This document shows, in pieces, positions 1 to 12,795 of a stretch of DNA of 64,000 nucleotides. The notes beneath the pieces are model-generated. The model was not told the DNA's origin, did not search any database, and worked only from the letters and a program-made list of their open reading frames with translations. The stretch spans positions 3,410,001 to 3,474,000 of the forward strand of contig CM039001.1 of NCBI GenBank assembly GCA_017499595.2. The letters run 5' to 3'. The stretch comes from Psilocybe cubensis. Taxonomy: Eukaryota. Every line of letters begins with the position of its first letter. Within the stretch, counting starts at the first letter, position 1. The translations under genes and the position numbers were made by a program.

Positions 1-1555
1 CATTTCCTTAGCTGCCCTCTTGATGTCCTCTTGTTCTTTTTCCAGTTTCTTTTTCGTTTTCTCGTCCACTTTGCCGTTGCCGAGCCCCTTGCGCGTTCCG
101 ATCATATGCAAGAACTCATCTTCGTTAAGGGTTTTGATTCCGTGCTTCTTGATGGCATTAAGTTTGCTCGGACCTGCATTGTCGCCTAGCACAACATAAT
201 CCGTTTTACTGGAGGGTTGCATTACAACGCGACTGGGTCATTCAAGACATTAGCAATATATCTTGAGGGAGAAAGGACGATCACTCACGCGCCAAAGCGC
301 TTTCCCAAATCAATGGCTTCTTCGCGGGAGAAGCTACTCAATTCTCCGGTGAAAACAAGGGATAGCCCTGCGAGCGCATCGGGCGCGCCATCAGGGACCT
401 CTTTAGAGCCATGAGCCGCAGGTCCGGCCAATTGAGCGGCTTTCTTCGCTGCCCAACTATTTTGTAGGTGACATGTTAATGTGTCAAATCTTCTGAGACA
501 AATTACGGACTCACTTGAATTTCTTTGGCGCCTGCTGTGATGTCTGAGAATGAGAATCATCATGAACTTTTGTAGAAGATGCGTGTTCCGCTTTCGCTTT
601 CGAGGCGCTGGCGACGGGATGTTTCTTGACCGGCGTTTTGCGTTGAGATGGTTTGGCGTCGAAATCGTCATCTTCCACAACAAAATTATCATCGTCATCA
701 TCACTCTCCCCTGGGGATTCCGCATCATAGTCATCATCTTGAAACGCTTTTTTTGACTTAAGTTTGCTGGCGGTAGCTTTGGGTGTGGATTTAGAAGGTT
801 TCGAGGAGGGGGTGGAAAGTTTCTTTCTAGGAGGTGTGTCTTCATCGTCACTGGCGAATAGTGTGGTGGACTTCTTGCGTTTCAAAGTGGTTTGCTGCTG
901 CCTTCTAAAAAATGATTAATATAAAGCAATGCCAGGTAGATATAGTAACTAACGGTGTTGGTTTCTTCTCCTCCTCTGAAAATGATGATAAGACATGAGC
1001 TCGTTGAATAGCCTTGAAGAACTCACCTTCATCACTTGAAATTATCATGGTATGCTGTTTTGATTTGGCCGCGGAAGATTTCTTCACGGGCAATAATGGT
1101 TCATCATCACTATCCTCGATCACCAAAGGGGTTTGACTCTTCTGGGACCTGATCCAAATCTATGAACGAGGGAACGAGAAATGTAAAGGCACATACTCGA
1201 GGAGTGTTTTCTGACTTCCCCTTGGATTTCAAATGTAAGGTTCGACGCGTCATAGTGCACAAATGAGACAGCATACTTTGCTTTTGCTAACATATAACAT
1301 TGATTACTTCAGTGAAATCGGAACCTATCAACACGACTTACAAGATAGCCCAGAATTACTGTTTTGTGAAGCCACTGTCGAGGTCTGCGACACGTAATTT
1401 GTAATCTTTGCACTGTCTGAAAAGTAGAGGCATACCTGAGACGGCATACTCTTCGCTACAGGTTTTGGTTGCCCTCCTCCGGGTCCGAAAAACATTCGCA
1501 GATCGTTCCCTGACTTTGCGCCTTTTGCAGGCTTTGCCAGCTTTGGTGGTGCCAT
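1..1555 (-). CDS. RFC1: Replication factor C large subunit, 5' part (multi-exon; continues left of the window)
   Basis: ATG at 1555 (MAPPKLAK...), a K/D/S-rich N-terminus, then a BRCT domain: GLSLVFTGELSSFSREEAIDLGKRFG...PSSKTDYVVLGDNAGPSKL...LNEDEFL. GT-AG introns. Confidence 0.9.
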
Positions 1556-1610
1556 TGCAATGAGTGTTGAGTGCGAGTGTGAAACCTTACCATCACGCTT
1601 TCTGTAAGTG

Positions 1611-1669
1611 TAACGCGATGTGACGGAACGCGTATTCACGTGATATTAGATACGCCAAGCTTTCGCGTT
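1611..1669. promoter_or_regulatory. Cluster of MCB-like (ACGCGT/ACGCGA) G1/S elements upstream of RFC1
   Basis: AACGCGA at 1612-1618, ACGCGT at 1628-1633 and TTCGCGTT at 1662-1669, 60-115 bp upstream of a replication gene. Confidence 0.55.
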
Positions 1670-1989
1670 GGGACCGAAATTGCAAAATGTAGTTCGTTAT
1701 TTCAGTTATCTACGCAGAGGGGACACATAATGCACGTCTATATACTTAATATGAACTTTAGCAGACTTTAGCTTCGCTGAATTTATGCTGGAAAAAGACC
1801 AAAGTGAATAAGTCACGTGATAAAATAACAACATGTGACAGTCATTACTGTGATGGTGGTGACTCGGTGGCACAATTATTTTCCCAGTGTCTCTTGACCT
1901 CAGTACAAAGCATCGTCAGTCCATCCTGACAACATGTTGCGTTTGTATAGGGCTTACTTGCACCCAAACTCTTTTCTTTAGAATACCTG

Positions 1990-2620
1990 GATGTTTTTTC
2001 AGGACGAAGACGCACACCTTTAAGGGCTTTCCACCGGAAATCTTCAGTTTTTCTCCCTTATCCTGCTCTTCCCTATGTCGATGTCAAAATGGACAAGACA
2101 CTGACGCTGCCCTATTGGTATGGACTGGTTGCCAAACCAAAGAATTCCAGTAAGGACTCCTTGTCCTTAGCATTGCCTTCAAAATTTACGCCCATCTACC
2201 GACCCCCAAAGAACTACATCGGAAGTGTGCGGTGTACTTCAAAATTCTGGTACTTTTTTGACTCATGTCCAAATCTATGCAGTCTCGCGCCACCCCCCGA
2301 CAGTACATTGGTTGGCATCCTCCTCAGTGACTGTCCAATTGAACATCATGTTGCTTCCTACGGTCCCGCTCGACGGCCGAATCTCTATTTGCTTTGCTGA
2401 ACCTTGGTCGTCGTCACCCTGACGGACTTCCTATCGGCCGCATAATGCGAAGAAGTCATTTCTTTGGGCTAAAGACCTCCGAACAAGAAACTCTAAAGTC
2501 TGTGCCGTCACCTCGCTATTCCATTCTTCAAATAAATAGAGTGGAAGAAGGAAGCGCGCCGTGGACTTGGCATCTGGGTCAAAGCTGAGCAGTCTACGCA
2601 AGCAATGTCTGTTTAATGAT
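1990..2620 (+). pseudogene. Degenerate remnant of an agaric F-box-like hypothetical gene
   Basis: Fragments in different frames with stops: FPPEIF, FFDSCPNLCSLA, TLVVVTL and EWKKEARRGLGIWVKAE. The last resembles the DWxxxAxGGxxxWxxAE end of this family as I recall it. Confidence 0.35.
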
Positions 2621-5580
2621 ATATGTCTCTCACTAAGGGCATTTCTCATAACCCCAGCATAAAGCATGGCTGATCTTTGCCCGCCGTTTTTAGGAGTGTT
2701 ACTGGAAAAGTATCATTTCATTTGTTATCATATTCTCCGCTTCTCTTGAAACCACCTCATCGATCAAAACACGTTTTGTTCCAAGTACAGATACATACCT
2801 CGATGTGTCCCGAGGCGAAAAGCCCTGACGTTCTATTGGCATAACGGTAATCAATGGCTCGCCTCGACCTTTCATCGTACTTCGGTTCATCCACGTGAAG
2901 AGGATACATACCCGACTGTTATTCTCGGTATGTTCTTGCCTTTTTCTACGTGATTGAGTATACATCTGTGTGTATTGTTATCATAACGTTTGTTTCATTA
3001 ATTGTGATCCTACTAGAAGCGTCGTCAACAATCATTTGCCCTGCAAGATCAGGCCATTCTTTGAAGCTTCGAAAGAATTATTCTCTTGGGGAGCAGCAAA
3101 AACTGTAAATCCCTTAATCTCCCCCAATTCTCGCAGAACTTGCCGAACGTCTTTCTAACTTCTTTGCCCGCTTCTCAGGTCCAGGGTTCGCCCCTATGCT
3201 TTACAGGAAATTGTCTATAAATGTACCATGTGCGAAAAAAGTTTGCTTTAACCGACGGCACCCTTGTTCGCTACAATCCTTTCCGCGATGCAAATACTGA
3301 GCATCAAAGTTGTGGTGCCTTCCATGTTCGTTACTTATCATCTTAGGCTTCGAGGGTAACCGCGTTTACAATACTTCGTTTTTTTGGGGAAATCAGCTGT
3401 ACCGTGGACGTATTTCCCCTTTGGGAGTTGCCGAAAGATGTGGATTTAGCTGACCCATGACACAGTACTTACGGTGCAACTGGACAGGCTCGACCACGAT
3501 GCCCTTTTTCTCCGTAAGTGGATGGCTAGCAGGAGCCTACTCCTACTTAGAACATTGATCGTTCGTCTTCAAACTCCAAGATATCTGCCAAGCAGTTTGC
3601 ATTGACGTATATATCTCGAAATACCACTAACACGAGGCGCGGTCACACCGTCAAGATGATACGTGTTGTAACAAATGAATGCGAATCGCAAAACTTCTAG
3701 CTCGGTGTTGAGTGTGGCAATTCGATTCGTCCGTGTTGGTACGTTTCTCCGCCGTTCGTTTGCACATTGTCTCGCGGTTGCTGCAGCCTTACTAGTGACC
3801 GGCAAAATTACGCTCGCATCTTGCTTTGTTTCAACCAGTCAAAGCAAATAGTTGAACATCTTATGAAAAATATCCTACGCGAAATGGCCCTTGGCGTAAT
3901 GCCACAGTACTAGTATCTCCAGTCTATTTATCAATTTTCGGTCTCAACCGAACTCACTCGCGTACTAGATGTGAGTCCTTCTAAACTCTGGAATATCACC
4001 GATTGAACACCCAGTGGTTCGTTTGCTCGTAGTTCCATGGCATCGTAGGATTGCAACAGTCTAGACCGTATTTGCCCAAAAGTTATCCAGTGCGTATCTA
4101 TCAGTAAGTATACGTATTTTCTGAGCTCATACATGATTCATCGTAGCAGGCTGATCATTGGATCATTTAACAAGGTATGTGACTATGAACTATCTATACT
4201 CTTACTTTGACGCTTTAGTCTATTTCGAGGGAGGTTCGGATATTATGATATCCACATGTAGTTGAATAACTCCGTAGATTTTTACGGCAGGAACAAATTT
4301 TCAACACCGGGATATCAGATTGCCACCTAAAATGGGGCTATTTAAATCCACAACGGCCCAGAACAGCACAGTAGGACATTTTTGGTCTGGACGCTGAAGC
4401 ATGCACGGGTTGGGTGGATTCCAGTAAGCGGTGCTGTGGATATAGCTCATAGCACCCACTTTACCTAACAACTACAAATACTCTCGGGCAGCTGCTTCCC
4501 GCCTCTCGGTGGCTTTCACTTCGGACCTGAATCTACCGAATTTTCAAACTTACTCATACACCTCTGATTTCAAGCGATTATCTGCGATTATCGACGCTGG
4601 TGCACTGGCTTGCACTGGTCGATAATACTCAATTACACAACACAATTGACAGCGGTGTCTGCGTTATGATCAGCTGGCTTTTATTCCGATATATCGGGGT
4701 ACCAGGTTCTGGGTCCATGATTTCCTAAAGAGTATCCACGGTAAGTTTGCATCTTGCAACGAGGCTGCCGCCGCGATAACGTCCATGAGACGCTAAGCGC
4801 AGTCAAGCTTTTGTCAGCCGTTGAACTTTATCCTACTCTGTCTTGTCGTGCCCAGAGAGAAGGCTACCTCGACCCATTCCGAATCGCGACGCGCGACCGC
4901 CTTCAACTTAATCTTGACCTACCAAAGCTTAACTTCTTTATGATCGCAAGTGAAAATCCTTTCGATCATGATCCATACCGATGTTGACATTCCAAACGGA
5001 AGCTGATTCACCATCATATATTATAGGTTAAACCAGGATCCGCCCTGTTGAGCCACAGGGCACTCTGACGATATCAAACAGGCACTCATCATGTTCTTTT
5101 TTCCAGAAGACAATTTATTTTGAAATCAAGCAAGAGATGGCCTAGGCGCTTTGTAAAGTTGTTTAGCGTGCAATAAGGCTACTTTCCATCAGTCTTCTTT
5201 CTGTACCCACTAACGATATGAAAAGCGCGAGGCGAGGCAAAACTTGAGGTGATGGCACGCGTTGTTTCGCCTCCGCTTGATTGAGATATGAGATCTAATC
5301 TTACCGAATCCCCATTGGGTGCCGGGAAGTGCCATCTGATTTTCCCGAGTCTCCCCGGCTGAGAAAATGATGACGTGCTCCAGTACTCTATCGCAACCGT
5401 GTTCTTTGACTTGATCATAACCACTACGCTTGACATGAACAACCAATAGTCAAGCAGAAGTTTTGTCCTACGTACACCTAGCTTTACCTAGCTTCTCTCC
5501 ACAGCTATTGATCCACACTTTACACCTCCAATTGCAATATATACGTTTATTGTATTTCGCTCGTTTGGATGATATACAAC

Positions 5581-6354
5581 ATGTCAATCGTCCAGATACC
5601 CTTCTCACTCTCTGTCATTTGGGCGGTCCACGTCACTATGACAGCCCCGCAACCGCCTGCTCGTGATGACGAACGAGCAGGTCCAGTGGGCTGGGAAGTT
5701 TCGATAATGCCACTATGCCTAAAAGTGAGTTTGTTTCGCACTCTATCTCTGATTTCTCTCAGCGTGAAAGTTTGACATTTTCTCTCGAAATAGTTTGTCT
5801 GCTGGACCGCCGGAATCGCGGAGATAATGGTGGTTATCGCCCACACGTACCCGCTAAAATTTTGGACATCATGGGTAAACACCCTGCTTGTGCACTCTTG
5901 CTCAGAACCTTCCTGTATCCGGATTACCTGGTGCTATGTTCTCAGTTGGTTCTTAACGGTGTCTGGAGGCGTCATTCGCCAGCGCTGCTATGAGTCTATG
6001 GGAGATATGTTCACATTTGAACTGAGTCTGCGGAAGAGACACAGACTGGTCACTTCGGGTCCTTACTCTTTGGTTCGCCATCCAAGCTACACTGGCGCAA
6101 TGTTGGCTTTATTTGGAGCCCTAGCATGTCATACCACATCCGGATCGTGGGCAGTTGAATGCTCAGGAATGTTTCCTTCTTCATCAGTACGGCAAATCGT
6201 CGCATTCTTTTGGACGATATCGGGACTTATCGGGTTTCCTTTGCTCATGCAAAGGCTTGAGAAGGAAGACAAAATGCTCCACGAATATTTTGGTCCGGAA
6301 TGGGAAGCTTGGGCAGGCAGAGTACCTTACAGACTGATTCCTGGTGTATATTAA
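5581..6354 (+). CDS. ICMT/Ste14-family membrane methyltransferase, copy 1 (exons 5581-5724, 5794-6354)
   Basis: FTFELSLRKRHRLVTSGPYSLVRHPSYTG and R..KED..L...FG.EW...IPGVY motifs. One phase-0 intron joins the exons in frame. Confidence 0.88.
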
Positions 6355-6663
6355 CATCTTGCAGTGGATTTACATCTAATCTTAACCCTTTTCCAAAGAC
6401 GTGCATCATTCCCATCGGTTATCCTTAGGGCCGTACGTGGCCTCCAATAATTGACTATTTCTTGAACGAATCCGATTGCGTGGAATACTGCTTTTGGACA
6501 ATATGTGTGCGTTGTTTATGCCTCTCGTTGACTTCTAGTGTGGAACAAATTGCCGTTAGATCTTATGCTTATGGGACATCGGTACAGAATTTGTGCCGAG
6601 GTCAAGGTCTCTCTTAAATAAAGTCGTTTGGTGGGTTAAGCTTCAAGCTACAACACGTTTAGG

Positions 6664-7427
6664 ATGACACTCACTCGTTTGCCGTTCTCCCTTTCTTTGG
6701 TTTGGGCAGCATACGCGATCACAGCGATTCCTCCACACTCACCACCTCGTCCAGGGGAATTTCAAACAGAAGCAGATGGGAACCTCAAAGTATACTTTAG
6801 GGCCGCCATACTCAGGGTGAGTAGTTCTATTCGATAGATTTAACACCGCACGTTTGTTGATATCTCTTCAATACTTACAAGGCATCTTTTATTCTGCCTA
6901 CTCTGGTGGAAGTTATTATCGCATTTTTCGATCTCTACTCTGTCGGCCCTTTAAGGAAATATCTACCTTCACCATTATCCGACTCCCATGCAGCATCCAA
7001 TATTCATGTTACGTGGGCCCTCTTTATTTTCTGGCTAATTGCCATGGCGGGCGCGCATATTCGAAGGCTTTGCTTTCAAACTATGGGTGAAATGTTTACA
7101 CTCGAGTTAGTCATACGCAGTCGCCATAAACTAATTACCCATGGCCCATATGCAATCGTTCGGCACCCAAGTTATATCTCGGCTGCAATGGTTATTTTCG
7201 GTGGTGCAATTTGCCACTCAATTCCTGGAGCATGGGCCTTTGAATACCGTCGGTCGCCATTGGCATGGATTGCCTTGACCTCCTGTTGGGTTCCGACTAT
7301 CATGAACACTGTAATCATGCCCAGAAGGGCGAATACAGAGGACGAACTATTGCACAAGAAATTTGGCAAAGAGTGGGAATCATGGGCAGCGAAAGTACCT
7401 CGTAAATTCATTCCAGGAATTTATTGA
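6664..7427 (+). CDS. ICMT/Ste14-family methyltransferase, copy 2 (exons 6664-6816, 6882-7427)
   Basis: HKLITHGPYAIVRHPSY and RANTEDELLHKKFGKEW...IPGIY. Same intron position as copy 1. Confidence 0.88.
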
Positions 7428-7587
7428 CTTCTGGTTCGAGATCAAACCTTGCAATTCTTGGTGTGAGTGAATAGGGTTTTATCTCACGTTGTACATGTGC
7501 CAGAGAGATGCGAAGTTGGTATGTAAGGAGCGTGGATGCCGCGCAGAGGTCCTTTCTTCCTGCCATCACACCTTGGTAGTACCGAGG

Positions 7588-8326
7588 ATGTTCGTCAACT
7601 CCGTAGCTCGGGTACCATTTTCCATGACATTGGCTTGGGTAGCAAATACTATTGCAACCTCTCCACGGCCTCCGCCTAGCTCAGAAGAACGAGTCAAGCT
7701 CGATTATAGTTCAAAAGACATATCTTTGAGGACAGCCACATGCAAAGTATATTTTCTGCCTTGCTAAAATACTACTATTTGCTCACATCTTTGATTGAAA
7801 CACAAAGGCATGTTTTATACTTCACGCTGTAACAGAGACAGTCTTGATATTTACCAATGGACCACTATGGCACAGAAGCCATTCCCACAATAATATACGC
7901 ATTACATGGGCGTTCACTGCCGCCTGGTTTTTAGCCATATCGGGGGCACTCGTCCGAAGCCATTGCTATCGAGTACTACTCGGAGACATGTTCACGTTTG
8001 AACTCAGCATTCGAGCTCAACACCAATTAATCAAGCATGGCCCTTATGCGGTTGTTCGTCATCCAAGCTATGCAGGTGCTATGGCCGCTCTACTGGGGGC
8101 AACCTTATGTTACTCGACACCTGGAGCATGGTCAGTGGAATATGCTTATTCGCCATGGGCATGGCTTATGTTAGCATACTCCTGGACCGTAACGGCAGCG
8201 GCGTGGGTGTTTATGATACGGAGGACAAATACAGAAGACGCGATGTTGCGGAAGAAATTTGGAGAGCAGTGGGAGTCATGGGCAAAGAAAGTCCCTTATA
8301 ATAAGTTGGTCCCTGGGATATACTAG
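7588..8326 (+). CDS. ICMT/Ste14-family methyltransferase, copy 3 (exons 7588-7746, 7808-8326)
   Basis: HQLIKHGPYAVVRHPSY and RTNTEDAMLRKKFGEQW. In frame after splicing. Confidence 0.85.
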
Positions 8327-8634
8327 TCGTGGGTTCCTTGAGGTCGTTCAATTACCTTTTCGCGTCATGATTGTTTCTGTCATATCACAATAATTTACCA
8401 ATAAGACATTCATTTACTAACAACAAAAGGCTGTTGACGTGAAGGTATCTAATATATTTTTGCACGAAGAATTTAATATTCCTACGTATGGGGCAGTATT
8501 TGACAGCTAAGGAGTTGCTATTCTTCAGGTTGACCGCGCGTGAGATGACCGCTCGTGGGGTACTCGGCTTGCTTTGCAGTGGCATAAAGCTATGAATTCT
8601 AATGCAAATTGCTTCATTAAATAATTCTGAAAAG

Positions 8635-9399
8635 ATGTCTGCTGTTGACATTGCACGAATACCGTTCTCGCTTTCTTTAGTCTGGGCAGCATATACCACT
8701 GCGACACCTCCACAGCCGCCTCCTCGCTCTGAAGAACGGGTTGAATTTGACATCGGATCGAAAGAAATATCTTTGAGATTGGCTTCAATCAAGGTATCTT
8801 GCGCAATATTTTCCGATGACTAGTTACACTGGCTGATATTTGTACAGATATGTTTTCTCCTGCCCGCTTTGGTTGAAATAAGCTTAATATTGCACAACCT
8901 CTATGGCACAACGAATCCTTGGTTAAATTATACAACAACTCTCTTGAAAAGTCATCACACAACTTCTTTTGATATTCGGCTCACGAAAAGCTTTATTGCC
9001 GCCTGGACAATGTCCATGGTAGGAGCACTTATTAGACGACATTGCTATCATATTATGGGCGAAATGTTCACATTCCAGTTGAGCATACGCAAGCATCATC
9101 AACTCATCACACATGGGCCATATTCGGTCGTTCGACACCCAAGCTATTCAGGCGTCATGATGACCCTCCTTGGAGGGTCTATTTGCTACTCTACACCGGG
9201 TTCCTGGACATTTGAATATTTTCATTCACCATTGGCGTGGTTTCTTCTGGCTTTTTGTTGGGTTGCAACGGGTATGGCGTGGGCATTTATGTTTAAACGG
9301 GCAAATGTGGAAGACGCAATGATGCAGAAGCACTTTGGGGAAAAATGGAGGCTGTGGTCAAGGAAGGTTTCTTATCGTCTCATTCCAGGTATTTACTAG
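8635..9399 (+). CDS. ICMT/Ste14-family methyltransferase, copy 4 (exons 8635-8793, 8848-9399)
   Basis: HQLITHGPYSVVRHPSY and RANVEDAMMQKHFGEKW...IPGIY. Confidence 0.88.
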
Positions 9400-9826
9400 T
9401 TTTAGCACACTAGCATGGCCCGGGTTCATAATTACTAGTACTTGCTGGATGTACTGGTTACGAGGCAAATCTCAAAAATCCGCAAAATTTAGGAATCACC
9501 TTTATCAATCTCGAGTTGTGCTCAGGGATGTGGTGATTGTTTCCTGCACAATACGATATCTCAAACGAATTTTAATGCCTCACTACCATTTCAAGAAACT
9601 ACTGCCCCTAATTAACGAATTCCGAAAGATTCCCACGTTACATTTGAACATATGGATTACATAATGTAGCTTATTGTGGCCGTTGAATGCTCGGAACGGG
9701 ATCTTAATCTGCATCATTGACTACGACTTTGAACTTTTGCTATTAACTTGCCCCTATTTCATGCTGTGATCTATACAGGGTCCCTAAATATCAGAACGGG
9801 CCTTAGAAGAACCTCGGTATCCAAGG

Positions 9827-12186
9827 ATGAGTCCAAAGTGGGCATATTGCTCGTAGTTCAAGACGTGCTGAACCTCCACGCTGATACATCTCGGGAGTGA
9901 CAGATTCAGCCAAGTTTTCAGTTCTCTCCCATCGGAGGCGCAAAATTCATTAGTAGAGAACCATCTGGCACGTTTGCTAGACTTTCTACCCGAAGATCGG
10001 TCGTCTGAAGGTAGAACATTTATCGCAAAAACGTGGCGGAGTCTTACGATTTTTTTCAATCAGTTCTTTTGGCCGCGACACGTCTTCAAAGAAAGTACCA
10101 AGAAGCTCCGATTCTTGATTTGCGGATGAAGAAGAGGCAAATCAACGGTTTACTTGACCAGCTCATTCGCGACGCCAAAATTTCGTTCATAAAAGAACGC
10201 AGTAATAGGGAAGAGCTGCTTTCTGAAATTATCCACACTCTCACCGGGTGGTTGAGCGATATATGGACGGTCGTGTACGAACACAACGTCAATTTTGATA
10301 TTGCACATCAATGCCTTGTATTCGTGGCAGAAGCATTGGCTCAACTGTCCGAAAGTTCTAGTCTTGGGGGGTACGTTAATATGTGTCAACTTTTCGCCGT
10401 CCATCACTGACACAGTTCAAGATGTAAATGCACAGTTATGAATTTACCTGTCGACGTTTCATTTAGGAGCAGAAAGGGGAAAGTGGTGAAGCGTTTTTCT
10501 CTGATGGGGCCCCAAAACATAGACGCGGTTCTCTTATGGATTTGGCGCGATTTGTTCGTTTCCTTGCTCGCGAATGGCAACGAATCCGACAAGAAGAAAC
10601 TACCCGATTTTCTGGAAGATGTTGAATCGACTCTAGGTATTGGAGCTTTAGAGAGAGTTTTATATGGAGGCAGAACAAGTATGTTTTTCCTGCCGGCTAT
10701 TTCTCCATATTCTCAAGTAATACAGCTGAAATCGATGGTGACGACGACGACGACGATTATGAAGACGTTGAAGACAATGAAAGCGAGGACGACATATTTG
10801 AAGAACATGCATATTTCGACGAAGATGATTCAGACTACGACAGTGATGCCTCCGATCGCTGTCCATGTAACCTGCACGCACCGTATTGGCCCGAAAAGAT
10901 TAACAAAGAGAGGCTGCCTCTTCGAGACTATGTCGAAACACGACTATTCGAAATTTTCAAAGTAACCCCGTCCATGCGCATATACAACACGCTCCTGTCG
11001 ATTAGCCAGGATTCTACATCGATTGAAATGCGCGCAACACGGGTACTACGCGACATCGCCGGCGACTCCCCCGATAACCTCGTTGCTGCTCTCGACATCA
11101 ACATTGCCAACAACAAGCAGTCCATGATAGCCTTTCTGCTTAACAGCTACGGGTATCTTTTGCGACCTCGGGATACGATGACATTACAATGTGCTGTCGC
11201 TATGCTCGACAATTCACCTTATCATAATCAATGTATCACGATCTTAGAGACGCAATTGAACGAAAGCCTAAAAGCTATATGCGCTGCTGTTCGTTCTTCT
11301 TTTCCTCACATAGAGGAAGAAGACAACAAAAACGAGATTGTCGAGATCCTCAAATTACGGAGCTCGTCTTCTGCCCGTCAGGAACGCGTAGAACGCTGGG
11401 GAGGCCGCATCTCATCGTCCTCTAGCGGGTCCTTCCATCCTATGGCTTTTGCTGCCATGGTTATGGGTTTGCCTGTTATACCTGGCACAGAAGAGGGAGA
11501 TGACTCAGATATTCTCAATTATGTTGATTTAGACCAATTGGACCCCGATCTAGATGACCTTCGAGACGAGTACAGGCCTGATCTGAAAGGTACTTTTGAT
11601 GGATGGGTTCATATAGCACAAAGTATCAAAGGTGGGCCTGCTATCCTGGCCAAACTCTATACCAAGGCTTTAGAAATGCTGCCTTGGGTACGAGGCTCAG
11701 ACATTGTTACCGAAATGATCAACAGGTACGCTGGTTGTCTGCTCCTCGATAGATGTGTACACATTTATTAACTTGCGTCCTCCTAGACTGCGAGATCGGC
11801 CCAACAAGAATCATGTTCTTGACGCTTTGGCAACTCTCAATTCGTTTTCTAAAACACAGCGCAAGAAGCTCAGTGTTGCACGCGCAGAGCAGCAGAAACG
11901 TACAGCTGCATCCAAGGCGCAAACAAGTTTAGCTACGTCTACAACGCAAGCCAATGAAGCTTCATCTAGTACCCGGTCAACAACAACTTCTCCTACATTA
12001 TCTTCCCGTGCCACGGCACTCGTATCGTCCACTGTATCGCCTCCTGGTATGGCCCCAATGTTCACTCCATCGAGCGAAACCCAATTCTCGTTCCCACCCG
12101 TTTCATCTGTGAATGGTCCACCGTTGCCATTTCCATTCCCTCAATCGTTCAGTCCAGCAGTAGGCGGCATGGAGGATGTTGATTGA
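9827..12186 (+). CDS. Hypothetical protein, multi-exon, largely helical, with Cys/His patches, an acidic linker, an S/T/P tail and C-terminal GGMEDVD
   Basis: Spliced reading MSPKFSQVFSSLPSE...VLLAATRLQRKY joins ORFs 10033, 10438, 10974 and 11755 through GT-AG introns. Confidence 0.75.
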
Positions 12187-12795
12187 TATGCACGTCTTGC
12201 GTTTTGTGGCCTTTGTCTTCGTCGCTTGCGTCCATCATATCGATAAATCTCGTTTTCCTACCTTTTTTGTGCATTTTTCACTCATCATTTCGGTCTTCGC
12301 TGTCACGCCTTTCACCTACCTACAGGTTCACAATGTTTGCACCATATCATGCTTCATATTGCCTTTATACGCCTCATAACATACAATTCACATTTTTATC
12401 CATTGCATATTGTGATTTTGGTGCGACAAATCCAAATCTCTACACACCATACTCTATTGCGGCATATTTTACTTTTCGAATGTTCGTAATATCTCTTATC
12501 TTTGATGAAATGGTTTACTTAGTCAATTGCTTATAGGTCAGGTTTTTTTAAACGACTTTGACAGCATAGCAGTCATTTGAATATAATCAAGGCCATTGAT
12601 AATCGTACCATTCAGTCCTAGTCTGAATTGTGATGATTCATCTCGGTGGCGAAGGTAGGATATTTTTGCAGTACAAGACAGGGTTAAAATAAATATTTCC
12701 GTTTAGTTCCTTTGCTTGACTTTCTTCCTTAATTCCTGATTGTGACTGACCTCCTTTCTACCCACCTACATTTCCATTGGGCTAACCGTAACGAT

